NCBI GenBank assembly: GCA_013239625.1
Contig: MU053758.1
Coordinates: forward strand, 1,984,001 to 2,048,000
Direction: 5' to 3'
DNA: 64,000 bases
Source of the DNA: Lama guanicoe
Lineage: Eukaryota
Made by a program: the position numbers and the translations under genes. Below are positions 1-13,526 of the stretch, in pieces (position 1 is the stretch's first letter; each line of letters opens with the position of its first letter). The notes beneath the pieces were generated by a model. The model was given only the letters and a program-made list of their open reading frames with translations, had not been told where the DNA came from and made no database searches.

Positions 1-1974
1 CTTCATAAGGTACAGAGTATTTATCACAAGGCATAAACTTGTAACATCATTCGTTTATTAGCGCTATTGTGGTGTGGGGTGTGTGTTTAGAAACAACAGT
101 GAAGATAACTATAATGGTGTGTTGTTGCGCTTGACTTCTAGTGGAAATAAAAAGCATCCTATAAATCAAAGTCAAGAGAGACTGAGGAAATCACTACTAC
201 CAAAAGATTTAAGAAAAAAAAAGCTAGAAGCCCTGGTCAATCTTCTAGTTTAGAAAGAGGTACAGAGCAAATTATCTGACATACTTATTTTATCATCCCT
301 GTTCTAGAGAGAATTAGAAGTGGCCAGTCTCAGTGTTTTTAGCTTATTCATTTTGCGAATGCTCTTTTTTTGTGGGGCAAGATGACTGTCTATACCATCA
401 CTTAAACATTAACACCAATAATAATAGTATAGGCTTTTTCAAGTTAATATCCCACTTTAAAATTTGATATCATACTTTATTCCTGATGACAAATGTATTT
501 AGCAAAAAACACCCCTGCCAATTTGGTTTCAAATGTTATTTTTATCTATTAATAATTGAATGACGAATTCGTCAGTTTGCTTTTTATTGGTCCCAAGATG
601 ATACAATTTATCTACTGCACCTAAAGAATGAATCAGGTTTTTATGTTCCAAATTTCTGAGGATGAGATAATCTCACAATTGTCAAGAATAATGAAATAAC
701 ATGAGTCCTTAAAAATTTACAGCCGTAATGATGTCAGTGCATGTGTGTAATGAGATTCAAAATCCAAATTAAAAAGTTTTAAATTTTCTTCTGTAAAGTT
801 TCTAAAAATAACTGCTGTGGAGACTTAGATAGTTCAAGGAATTCAAAGAAACTTAACAATGCCAAATTTCTTTCTCTAAGGGAATGAAACTTAACATCTA
901 TTTAGTAAAATATTTAAGATATTCATTACTTATATTAAAATTTTTATTTTTCCCTTTATTTTTCTTTTCCCCCATATAATCTAATAGTCTCAACTTGGAA
1001 TCACCAGTTTTTTGCTAAATAAATGGATTAAGCTTTCCAAAGCATGTATGTGAAAAAGAGTGCAAGAAGGAAAAGAAAAAGCTAATTAAAGTGTAACTTT
1101 GTACTCTGATATCTGACAACTTTTAATCTTTATAAGTTAGTTATGGGTGAATTCTTAAATTGAAAGGAAGAAAATGAATCCAGGATACAAGCAAGAACTT
1201 TGTGCATAAATATGCAAATACTAAACTCTGGAGAAAAAAAGTCCCACTACTGATGAAATTACATTTGGACAGTCCATTAAAGGCATTTAATTTCTGACCC
1301 TCCAAAAATGAGGGTAAGTCTTTTTGCTAGTAAAATGTAATAAAACCTTCTTATCACGATTTATATTTTCTCCACAGTTTTCACTCTTTCTCAGTCCTAT
1401 TACATCTCTTACTCTTGCCAGACTTGAGAATTTCCCACAATTTACACCCTACTTCTGCAGGTAATTTCCATATCTTCTAGTGTTCCTTTCCTCCATCAGC
1501 TCCAGAGGCGAGTTAAGTCAAGGGCTTAGGAAAAGAAAGTCAGCCTCTGAGAAGTCCAGTGGGAAGGGAGAAATGATCAAACTCAAGGAGAAGAAAATGG
1601 ATCCAGGAGGGCTCCAGGATTATTTCAGCTCATTAGGTACTATCATTTTCTATTTTAATAGTAAGAGTGGTGGTGGCAGATGCTAGTCAAACTGAAATAG
1701 TCCTGGAGCGTCTTGGAATCGATTTACCTGAGTGAAGATAAACCCCACTCTCTTACGGGCTGCTTGAACTATCCTTGCTTCCAGTTTCCTTCAAGTCCCA
1801 CTCTTTAAGACGGGGGAAAAAGCTTTAGGGGGAAGTACAAATTATTTGTGTGTTCTGGCAGCAGAATAGCTACTTTCCTTCATTTTATATTTTCCCTTAC
1901 TTGCAACATTTCACTCCAATCCCTGGGAAAGAATAAAAGATGATTTGATTGTATTAAGACAATATATACCTTCC

Positions 1975-1980
1975 TTTATT
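1975..1980 (-). terminator. Candidate FBXO47 polyadenylation signal AATAAA
   Basis: tttatt on the + strand, ~660 nt past the stop codon. Confidence 0.45.
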
Positions 1981-2638
1981 TATAGACTTTTCATATTATT
2001 TGTCTTAAAGATGGAAATACATGTATGTGTGCACGTGTGTATATATACAGAAATACATATGTATGTATGGATATATATACACAAACACACTTAATTCCTT
2101 TGGTTTTTGATCTGCAAAATGTGAACCAAATGTAATGTTCATTGTAATCCTATGCCAAGAAGGTGTTGAAAAATGTGATTTATCTGCACGTTCCAAAACA
2201 TCATACTACAAATCTCCACAAAACATTTTAGGCTATGTCTACACAAAGTGTCTAAGCACAGTGAACCAATACACACTATCAAGTGGATTTCCACTCTAAC
2301 TATGTAACAGAATTTTCTCTTCAAAGATCCACACAGGTTGGCCAGCCCCAGATTCTTGAACACTAATGTTCCTTTAGTTTGGTGTTAGGTTTACCACAAT
2401 CGGGAGAGACACAACTTGTTTTCTAGAGAAATCTCAATATATTCTTGGGTTTGCCTATAATTTTTATATTAATAAAGGTGTAAGCAGTTACTTCTAAAAT
2501 TCTATGCAGCTTTTGAATTCTTAGGTTACTTAGGTGATAAAAAGTCCCATGGATGCTACTCTTTGAGCGTGGAGAAGTAGCACTCTTCTAATTGTCAGTT
2601 CAGTGAGGTATTCTCTAAATGCAAGGATTTCTGAGTAT

Positions 2639-2751
2639 TTATGTAGAGACAGTATTCATGGTCAAATATAGGACCTCCTTATGGAAGTTAGCCTGAGCAT
2701 GCACAAGATAGAACAAATTCAAAAATCTTCTGTTTTCTTCACCACGGTCTT
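2639..2751 (-). CDS. FBXO47: FBXO47 terminal coding exon
   Basis: 113 nt, EDRGEENRRFLNLFYLVHAQANFHKEVLYLTMNTVST then TAA; acceptor gcatatag|. Confidence 0.92.
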
Positions 2752-5700
2752 CTATATGCCACACACAGAAATAGACAGTAGGGAAAAGAAAATGACAGTT
2801 AAGTTTTTAAATGTATGATTTATTTGAAACATAAGATGTTCCAATTTCCCCAATAATATGTAACAGAAGACTAGTTAGTGATTTTTACTAAGTCAGATGT
2901 TAACCACTGAAATCATGGAACTATATTAAGAGCCCTGAATTAGAAATCAGAAGAAAAAGATGCTAGTCTATGGCTTATTGCTTCTAACTTCATGAACTTG
3001 GGCAAGTCAGGTAATTTCTCTAAGCCTTAGTTTTCTCATCTATAAAATAGGGCTAATTATCATGTTGGTTACCTAACAAAACTGTAAAATCATAGATGTA
3101 TAAGCTATACAAATAAAGGATCTTATTATGGTGATTACGACAGTTGGTAAGTAAGCAAGTCAAAATTTTTTGCTGTGCAGAATTGAAATTGGCTCCTTTC
3201 AATGCAGACTCTTCAATTTTATGTTTTCCACTAAAACCAATACCAAATTTAAAAAGTGACAATACCAGGAACTAAATATATCTCATGGAAAAACAAACGA
3301 TGTCTGTTTTTTCTATTCTTGGCTTAGAAATAAGTCTACACAGAATTTTCCCTGTCTTAAGGGGAGACCAGAATGCATTGTACTCACACCTGTGCACCAT
3401 CCACCTACATGCATACTCACCAGACATAATCAATTGCATCATTTCCATTATAACACATGCAAATGCATTTGCCACACTCTGCAGGAAGTTATTTCTTTCC
3501 ACTGGAGTGCTAAAGACTGTACAGACTTTTTGCATCATTTTAACTGCCCAATCCATGCAGTATAGTTCTTTCTCGCACACCTGATTTAGACATAGAAAGC
3601 ATTTTGGTAAATCTTTATGCAAAGAAAGCTGTAGAACTTGAAAATGGTATTAACAATGACAGTTTATAATTTTACGTAATTTATTACATACAACATGATG
3701 TTGATTCTATAAATGGGAAATGCTCTTATATCTAATATTTCTTTGCTTTCAAAATGGTACAAATTTAGCAGGAAAAATTGTGAAGTAACTAAAAGCCTGG
3801 TTCAAAATTATCATGGAATATTATTTACTAATATAAGAAATAATATTGAAAGCTATTATTAAACTTATGAAAAATAAGACTCCTGTTCATTCATTTAATA
3901 AATATTTATTGAGCACCTGCTAATAGCTGGAGATACAATAGTAAGCCATAAAGACAGGGCCTCTATTTTCAAGGGGTCCAATGAGTGTGACAGACAAACA
4001 GGCAATTTCGACAGGGAAGAGAACTCTATGATAACATCAGCTTTTCATCTTGAGAGCTGTAGGGAATATTTCTCTCTCTATTGTTTAAAAAACAAACGAA
4101 GAGTACCTGTTTATGGCTAAAACTGACTGGTTTACTTATTAACATTCTAAATGGCCGATTTAACTCATATAACCCAATAATATACAGCATGAGAATAAGC
4201 TATATAATAGTGTAACTAAAAAGTGTTAATCTGACAGGAAAGATTTATTGATTACTTAGTACATGTAAAGCACTGTACCAGGAACTACAAAGGAAGTACA
4301 TAGAAGAGTCCTGGATTTCAAAGCACTTGCAATCTATTTTGGGAGCTGATTTATCCACACATACACCATTGGTTGATAAAGACAAATCTGAGGCAATTTA
4401 GAGAAAATTAATGATCAGAGTTGAGATGTCAATCAGAGAAGGCTTTCTAGAGAAGGCTTCTTTTCCACCCCTAGTGGCTTCCTCTACATTCTTTTTGCTA
4501 CAGTGCAGCCAAAGTGACTTCCCAAAAATGTAGAACTGATCATGTCTCCCTGCTTCCTAAAACCTTTCAGCAGGGACGCTCCTGTGGTTCAAGCCTCACA
4601 GAATGGTCAACAAGGCCCGTCCTTACCGAGCCTCTCTCTTCCTAACTAAACTCACCACCTCTTCCTCTTCTGCACATTTTCCCTTTCAGAAAAAATACTG
4701 AACTGCTTATAGTTCCCTGAATACAGCCCACAGTTCTAATTCTCTCTCCATTTTTTTTGAGGGCATCCATTTATTAAAATAAATATTTACATTGAGAATA
4801 CAGTTAACTTAGTAGCTTTCTTCACATTTCCATGTGTTTAAAAGAGTCACTGAGGTTTCACTCATGTTTCAAGCAGTTGAGTTGATTAAGATCCTATCTC
4901 CATTTTGTAGGAAATGGATTATGTTCAATTATTTCTCACAATGGCCAATTGAAGATTATTCCATTGCTTTTGAAGCAGTGGTTGGGCTGACATATGTGAT
5001 GGAAGCCAAATAAATGAGAGTTCTGTGTAACACATGCAGGTACATGCTTGAGTAATCTGACCTCTCTATCTGACTGGTGAACTCTTTTATTCATTAAAAA
5101 AAAATGTATATCTACTGGAACTGGTGAAGCCCCCTCTGTATTCTACACTCACCCAATATTAGCTCCTTTCTGCTACTTTTGTTTGTACCCTTCTGTACAT
5201 ATTTTTGCACTTATCACACTGAATTTATTTATATACCCTCTGATATCTCTTAAAAGACTGTAAGCATCTTTTGGTCAGGGATTTGTTCTATTACTTTTCA
5301 TAGTCCTAAAATCTCACACAGTGTATGGCCCATAGTAAACACTCAGTTTGTGTTAAATGAATGAATATTAAATATATTATAATGTTTTATTTTGAAAAAG
5401 AAAACATTTTAACTATATAAAAGTAAAGAGAATAGTATTATGAACACCTAGTATCCATTCCCCAGCTTCAACAATTACCAATCTTGTTTCACTTCTATCA
5501 CCATCAATTTCCACATTCTCTCTTTGCTGCCCATTGATTATCCTGGAGCAAATCATATGTGTGCTTTATTCTTTTAATGGAACTTAGGGAAAAAAAAAGA
5601 ATATAACTTGGCAAAGCCATAGAATGACAATCTAGATACGAGGTGGGGAGAGGTTAATACAAGGAATGATTCCAAACATGATAGTTTATCATGTATTTTA

Positions 5701-8700
5701 AAATTGTTAAGTATGTATAAAGTATATATAAAAATACACACCTAAATACTTATTCTTTCAAAATGTTCTGTATGTACATATCTCAGTTCCTTCAGGGCAG
5801 CTCCCTGGTATGTCAACTATAATGTTAAACAGTTTGCTAGAAAAAAATTTTTTACTTACCAAAGCCAAAAAGACTATCAACCTTGCCAGTTCAATGGCCC
5901 GTCCATTCACAGCTTTACTAGCCATGAAAGTAAAGCAGATATTGTTCCCACTCAGGATTAGGAGACGTGCATTATTCTCTAGAAGCCACTCCCGGGGAAC
6001 CACTTTTATTAGAGGAAGAACAGTTATTTAATGAGAAATTATACAGTAACAAAGAATAAACATCATTAAATACCTGTAATATTATATCACTTTATACAAT
6101 TAGTGCCAAGCGAGAAGCTCAGAAAAAACACTTTAGTTTTCCAATTACAAGATTCTACTGGGTACAGAGATTATTGCCAAGTCACAGCGGCTCTCACAAT
6201 GTACTATTAATATAATCAAAGCATTTCTCGTACACATGGATCAACAAAGTGGTCTAATCCTTTGTACGGATAGAAACCTTATAAACTTTAGAATCTAAAG
6301 GATTATGCAGGAATGGGAAGCATTGTTTCACCTCTCCTGTACCAACAGGAGAGGACTTTCTTCTTACCCAACTTTAAGAAGGTGTTTCTGAGAACCTGCA
6401 AAATGGGAATAACTGAGCTAATTAAATTATGAAGTGTTCAAATAAAAATAGCAATAAATACATATTTATAAAATTGGCAAGGAAAATTGAAGGAAAGTAA
6501 GCTGATTATATGCATTCTCTTCAAACATAATGCCAAACTTTAAGTCTTTTAGAGCATTTAGTGATTTTTAATAGGCAATTCATTTGTTACCTTTAGAGTT
6601 AGCCTTACAATTTTATAACTATATTCTAACAATACATTTCTATTAATGTGGTAAATAATTTTTTTACCTGATAGTTCATCTACAAGACTGATAACATCAT
6701 CTACTGTCCATTCTTTGGTGCCTGTGTCATATAGTAATTTAATGGCATCAGCCAAACCTTTCAGACTGGGTTCATCTGTAGGTCCTTCTATCATTTTCTG
6801 CCAAACCACCTGTCCTGAATGATAATTGAAAAAAAAAAAAACTAGGCTGTGACAGAATTGCTGGCTTCATGATAAAGACCTCACGGATTGTTTAAAAAGG
6901 AAATTGCATTGCATAATGGGATCCATTACTTATATATGCCACTTTCATTTTAAATTTCATAATGAAAGGTCAATTCTGATAACAGTATAAATTTTAATGT
7001 CTCTGATTGATGTGATGAAGCACAGCAACAACAGCTAAATGAAGTAAAGAAAAGGTAGATTCGCCAAGCAAAACAGTGTTTCTGGTTCAAAGACAATGCT
7101 ACTCTGCAACAGAAATTGGAATAAACAATTGATGTAATTTTACCAAAATGAAATAACACCTATTGATATCCTTCCAAGAAAAGAGCATGCTGTACTTGAG
7201 AATCTTCCAGACCTTTATATCAAAACAGAGTAATCTGGTCATTTAAAGTATTTATCTATGACCAATTCTCTTTGTGGATTACACACAACAAAATTTGATC
7301 CCAGATTAACTTCCTACTGCTACTCAACACACTTTAAACTGGTTAACTACTGACATGAGACAGTGTAAACTAAAGAAATGCATGCTAGGGCTTACTTCAG
7401 CAGCACATATACTAAAATTGGAACAATACAAAGAAGATTAGCATGGCCCCTGTGCAAAGATGACAAATTCGTGAAGCGTTCCATATTTTTGGGACAGACT
7501 GGGAGTTCAAAATTTGTAGATACTGACAGGCATATGTAGAATAGATAAACAAGATTATACTGTATAGCACAGGGAAATATATACAAGATCTTGTGGTAGC
7601 TCACAGCAAAAAAGAATGTGACAATGAATATATGTATGTTCATGTATAACTGAAAAATTGTGCTGTACACTGGAAATTGACACAACATTGTAAACTGACT
7701 ATAACTCAATAAAAATGTTTAAAAAATTAAAAATTAAACATAACTATTTGTTAAAAAAAATGCATGCTAAGCGGGGAGGGTATAGCTCAGTGGTAGAGCA
7801 TGTACTTAGCATGCACGAGGTCCTGGGTTCAAGCCCCAGTACTGCCATTAAATAAATAAATACCTAATTACCCCCCCACAAAATGAAAAAAAATGCATGT
7901 TAATTTTAACATTCATCCAAGCAAAACTTAATTAGAAATACCAAAAAATTGCCCCCAAATCATTTTATGTACCCCAAATTAAGTAAAACATCAATTCTGA
8001 GTACCACTTTGCTTCACTTGCACTGTTAGTCCCCTCCAGCAGCATATAAATATAATCTTGAGTTAAATAATGGTTTAAAAATGAAATGCAGCTATTTTAG
8101 GTAAATTAGGGACAATGAGACTATATTTGGAAATGACCTGCAATAGAACAATTTGTCTTGACATTTAAGTGATGCACAAGTTAACGTAGTCTACATCTAT
8201 GAAATCATGAAATACAGTTTAATTATTCAGAATGATGAAACTAAGCAGGTACAAAAAGATATATTTCCTAAAGTAAATGTAATTAACCAGTTTTGTAACA
8301 TACATCCCTAAACAATGGATGCTCACCATCTTGAGGAGATATTGGTCCAAAGATGATATACAATAATCTTGCCTGATTCACCATTGGCCATGGTTTTAAT
8401 ATACGTGTCAACCAAAATGCAGAATCACTTCGATGTGTCCAGTGATCAAGCAGAGCATTTCTACAGAACAGTCTAATCCTTAACTCCAGTTTTCGGGCAC
8501 TTCCTATGAAGACAAAAGAATTGTAAACCATTCTTCCTAGAAAGATTGTTACGTATATTGGATAGGCTAAAGACATTCATCCTTAATATGCTTTGTACTA
8601 AGAGTGTTATTTCAATTTCCTCTGTAAAAATTTTAGATCAAGGAACTATTTTTTAAACAACTTTATTAGGATATAATTTACATATCACAATTTACCAATT

Positions 8701-11700
8701 TAAAGTGTACAATCAAATCTTTTTTAGTATATTCACAGAGCTATGCAGCCATCGCTGAATCTATTTTAGAATATTTTCATTACTTCAGAAAGAAACCCTG
8801 TTCTTTTAATTGTCACTGTCCCATCCCTCTGTCCTTTTTCACCCTCAGCACTAAGCACTACTTTTTGTCTCTATAGATTTTCCTATTCTAGACTTTCATA
8901 TGAAGTCACACAGTTAGGTGGTCTTTGGAACAGACTTCTTTCACTTAGCATGTTTTCAAGGTTCAACTATATTAGGGCATGTATCGATTCCTTTTAATGA
9001 ACAAATGCTATTCCATTGCATAGATATACCACATTTTGTTTATCCGTTCACCCATTGATGGATATTTGGGTTGTCTCCACCTTTTGGCTATTATGAGTAA
9101 CGTTGCTATTAACAATCATGTCCAAGTTTCTGTATGGACATATATTTTAGTTTCTCTGGGGGATATATCTATGAGTGGAATTGCTGGGTCATATGGTAGC
9201 TCTATATTTAATCATTTGGAGAACTGCCAGACTGTTTTCCAAAGTGGCTGCACCATTTTACATTCTCACCAGTGAAGTATAAGGGTTCCAATTTTCCCAC
9301 ATTGTCACCAACACTTGTTGTTATCTGACATTTAGGTTCTAGCCATCCTAGGGGCTATGAAGTGGTATCTCATGTTTTTTTAAAAATTAGTTTTATTGAA
9401 ATATACATAATTTACATACCATACAATTTACCCATTTGAAGTGTGTAATTCAATAGTTTTGATATACTACATGATTTTTTAAGTTGTGGTAAAATATATA
9501 TAAAATTTGCTATTTTATCATGCACAATTCAGTGGCATCAATTACATTCACAATGTTGTTCAACCATCACCACTGTCTTACTCCAAAACTTTTTATTACC
9601 TCAAACAGAAACTCTATAACCTTTAAGCAATAACTCTCCATTTCCCCTTCACCCAGTTTCTGGTAACCTCTAATCTACTTTCTGTGTTTATGAATTTTCT
9701 TGTTTTAGGTACCTCACATACGTGGAAGCATACAATATTTGTCCTTTATGTCTGACTTATTTCACTTATTATAATGTTTTCAAAATTCATCCATGTTGTA
9801 GCCTGAATCAAAACTTCACTTCTTTTTATGACTGAATAATATTCCATTGTATATATATGCCACATTCTATCCATTCATCTCTTGATGAACACTTGTGTTG
9901 CTTCCAGGTTGGGGCTATTGAAAATAATGTTTCAGTTAACACTGATGTATAAGTATTTGTCCAAGGTCTTGCTCTCAATTCCTTAGTTATAGTCCCAGGA
10001 GTGGAATTGCTAGGTCATGTGATAATTCTACGTTTAGTTTTTTGATGACTGGCCAACCTGTTTCCCACGGTGGTGGCATCATTATACATTTTATATTTTT
10101 ATACCATTTATGTTCTACTTACTCGTAGATAAGACAAGTGCAAATAAAGTCTACCAATGCGCTAAGGCCATATGAAAGTAAGTACCCCTGATGTGTTAAG
10201 CCAAGCAACACAAAAGTTTAGAGGAAAGAGATTATTGCAGCTCTGGAGAGATCAGGAAAGACTTTACAGAAGAGGACAGGTAAATTCGGTCTTAAAGGAT
10301 GAAAAGGAGAGATGGTATTTCAGGAAAGGGGAGAAGGAATAAAATGTATAAGGTAGAAATGTGTAAGAGGTATCTGAGACACAGTGGGTAGAGTTATATG
10401 ACTATATCAAACTGATATATGGAGTAGTGGGCAATAAGTTTAAAAAAGTAGGTTAGCATTAGAATATGAAGGTCAGTATGAATGGTTTGGATTTTATTTT
10501 GAAGATATCAGGGAGGTAATACAACTTTTTGATCAAGAGAGGGACATGATAGTAATTTTGTTTTAGGCTTCTCTATCTTCCATTTTAAAACAAATCTGCC
10601 ATAATTTGTTTTATAAAGAAAAATTTCAAGCTGACAGCAAAACAGAGATACTATTATAAATACTGTGTACCAATCACCTAGCTTTGTCAAGACTTTACTT
10701 TTTTGCTATATTTGATTCAGATTTTAAAAAATAAATAAAAACATTACTGATACAGTTAAAGCTTCTTTTGTATCACTCCCAATCTCCTTCTTCCCCAGAG
10801 GTAATCACCATCTTGAATTGGATTTTGTCCCTCCTGTATAAGTCACCAAACAAAACTAATAGGATGTGTACACACATGAGAATTTGCTCATGTGATTGTG
10901 GAAACTTGGCAAGTCCATAATATGCAGGGTAGGCTGGCAGGCTGCAGACAAGGGAAGAGTTGTAGTTCAAGTTCAAAAGCAGTCTGCTGGTAGAATTCTT
11001 TCTTGGGTGGGGAGGACAGTCTTTTTCTCAAGGCCTTTAAGTGATTAGATGAGGCCCACCCACATTATGGATTGTAATCTGCTTTACTCAGAGTTTACTG
11101 ATTTAAATGTTAATCTCGTCTAAAAAATAATTTCAAAGAAACATCTACAATAATGTTTGACTAAATATCTAGGTACCATGGCTTACCCAAGTTAACACAC
11201 AAAATTAACTATCGTATCTCCTAACTATATTCTTATACTTTTTTACATGTGTTTATAACCATAAAGAATAAATAGAATTACTTTGCATTTTTTTAAACTT
11301 TATTTTCCCTTTTTTGGGGTAGGGAGAGGTAATTAGGTTTATTTATTTATTTTTTTAGTGGAGGTACTGGGGACTGAACCCAGGACCTTCTGCATGCTAG
11401 GCAGGAACTCTACCACTGAGCTATACCCTCCCCAACTGCATGCTTTTAATTTGCATATAAATAGTATCATATTGAAAGCATTGTTTACTATCCTTTCCTC
11501 TCAAATTATATTTTGAGATTTATCCATATTAATACACATGTCTCTAGTTAATCCACTTTAACTACTAATGGTTTTAATTGTATGAATTTGCCATGATTCA
11601 TTTATCCATTTTCCTAACTACAGGCATTAGGTGGTTTGCAGCTTTCCCTGCTTACATGCTGCAATGTTCACACTTATACATGTCTCCCTGAGCACACTGC

Positions 11701-13489
11701 GGGAGTTTCTCAGAGTGAAGCTGCTCAATTGTAGGATTCCATGATTTTTAAAATATGAAATATTCCAGGTATATCTAAAGGTTTATAGAATACTATAATG
11801 AACACCTTTGTATCCTCCACCAGCTTAAGGAATAAAATATTATGTATATATCTGAAGCCCTCTGAGTACTTCTTTCTCTAATCATGGGATATTTTGGCCT
11901 CACTGTGTGATTCAGTGTTCATCATTCCCTTATATCTCTTTGTCCTTTTACTACAAATGAATGCCACAATTTATTTTTAAATACACTTTTGAACTATGCT
12001 TTTTTTTTTCTGTATCTGTTTTAATCTCTGTACAATGTTATCCCTGCATTGTAGTTCTTTACCTGGTTTGCTGCAGACAACTGCCTGCATCTTGCGGGGG
12101 AGATTAGTCAGCTCACATAAGAAGTTATAAACACGATGGCACTCCAGTTCATCCCAACCTGCTGTTAAGGTCTGAGGATGATAAAATAAAGGAAACATTG
12201 CAGATGTTCAAACCATCAAATCAGAACATAAGTCACTACTGCCTTATGACTATAACTGTTGTAGCACAAGATGGAGGTGATGTGCAATTTTTATCCACTA
12301 TTGAACTGTTCAAATTAATAGGAAATTTTCTATAAACAAAACCTAAAAATGCTCCAAAATCCAGTTTCTTTCTGGTTGTATAGGTAGTATCTTTTCAGAG
12401 AACTAAATGGTACTGAATCCTGAACTCAGACAGTATGAGGAAAATAACAAATGAAGGCCCAAACTCTGGAACACAGCTCTAGACATCTGACTCACAACCA
12501 TCCTATGGTTTACTTTTAGACTATAGTCAAACCACTTTGATCCCCTCTACCTATCACTTATGATATTGCTTATAAACGATAATAATCTCATTTTAATGTG
12601 ACAATTATGAGCATTGACTTAGGACATTTGGATGTGAACAAGCAAAAAAAATTTTTTATTAGGACAGAATTTAATAATCATTTTTGAGCAAACCAGAATG
12701 TACAGTTAAGACATATATAAAAAGAAAACTCAGATGATATTCTACTATACATAGATTTTGAAAAGGTCAACTAATCATAACAATTTTTCTTGAAATAGTT
12801 GAACTGGACTTCAGTAGTTTAAAAATTAATCTTATTCTTTCCAGAAGACATACTAGAAACACCTAACAGCTGTTACTTCTGTTGAAGAAAACTCTGTGAA
12901 CAAGGAACAGGCCTGGGAGGAGACTTAACATTTCACTTCATACTTTTTGAATTTTACATGATTACATGTGCTCATATTATTTGTCTGAAAGGAAAAAAAA
13001 GAAAAAAAATCTATTTTGGAAGAAAGCTAATAGGAGAGCCTATGCCCCTGGAATCTGGGCATGCAGATAGTGGCTGGCAGGATGGGATATAAGCAAGACT
13101 GTTGTAAACCTCATAAGGTATTTTTTTAGAAAGTTAATACATGTAAACTGCTAAGAATAGTGTAATACATTAATAATATATTATTAATATAGAATAGCAT
13201 TAAATAATGTTATTATTATCTTCTTTGTTTAGAATAAAAGGTGAGTAAAAAATGTTCTTAAAATCATACAGTTGATTTCTTCAGCCCCCAAGCTTTATTT
13301 AGATATAATTGACATATAACATTGTATAAGTTTAAGGTGTAAAATGCAGTTAATTTTTATATGCATATATTGCAAAATGATTGCCACAATAAGGTTAGTT
13401 ACATCTATTACTTCTTATAGTTACAATTTTTTTTATACAGTTGATTTCTAAGTTCACATCTTAAAGAACTAGCCTAAGACTTAAAACTC

Positions 13490-13526
<37 letters not shown>

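Noticed and set aside
561..574. Perfect 14-bp palindrome TGACGAATTCGTCA
   Set aside because: A few palindromes of this length are expected by chance in 64 kb; no supporting context
7388..7490. Functional U6 snRNA gene
   Set aside because: Mutated ACAGAGA box, 4-nt deletion, no recognisable PSE/TATA, fused to L1
7773..7845. tRNA genes (this and similar copies)
   Set aside because: Degenerate tRNA-like heads with tails and TSDs, so they are SINEs
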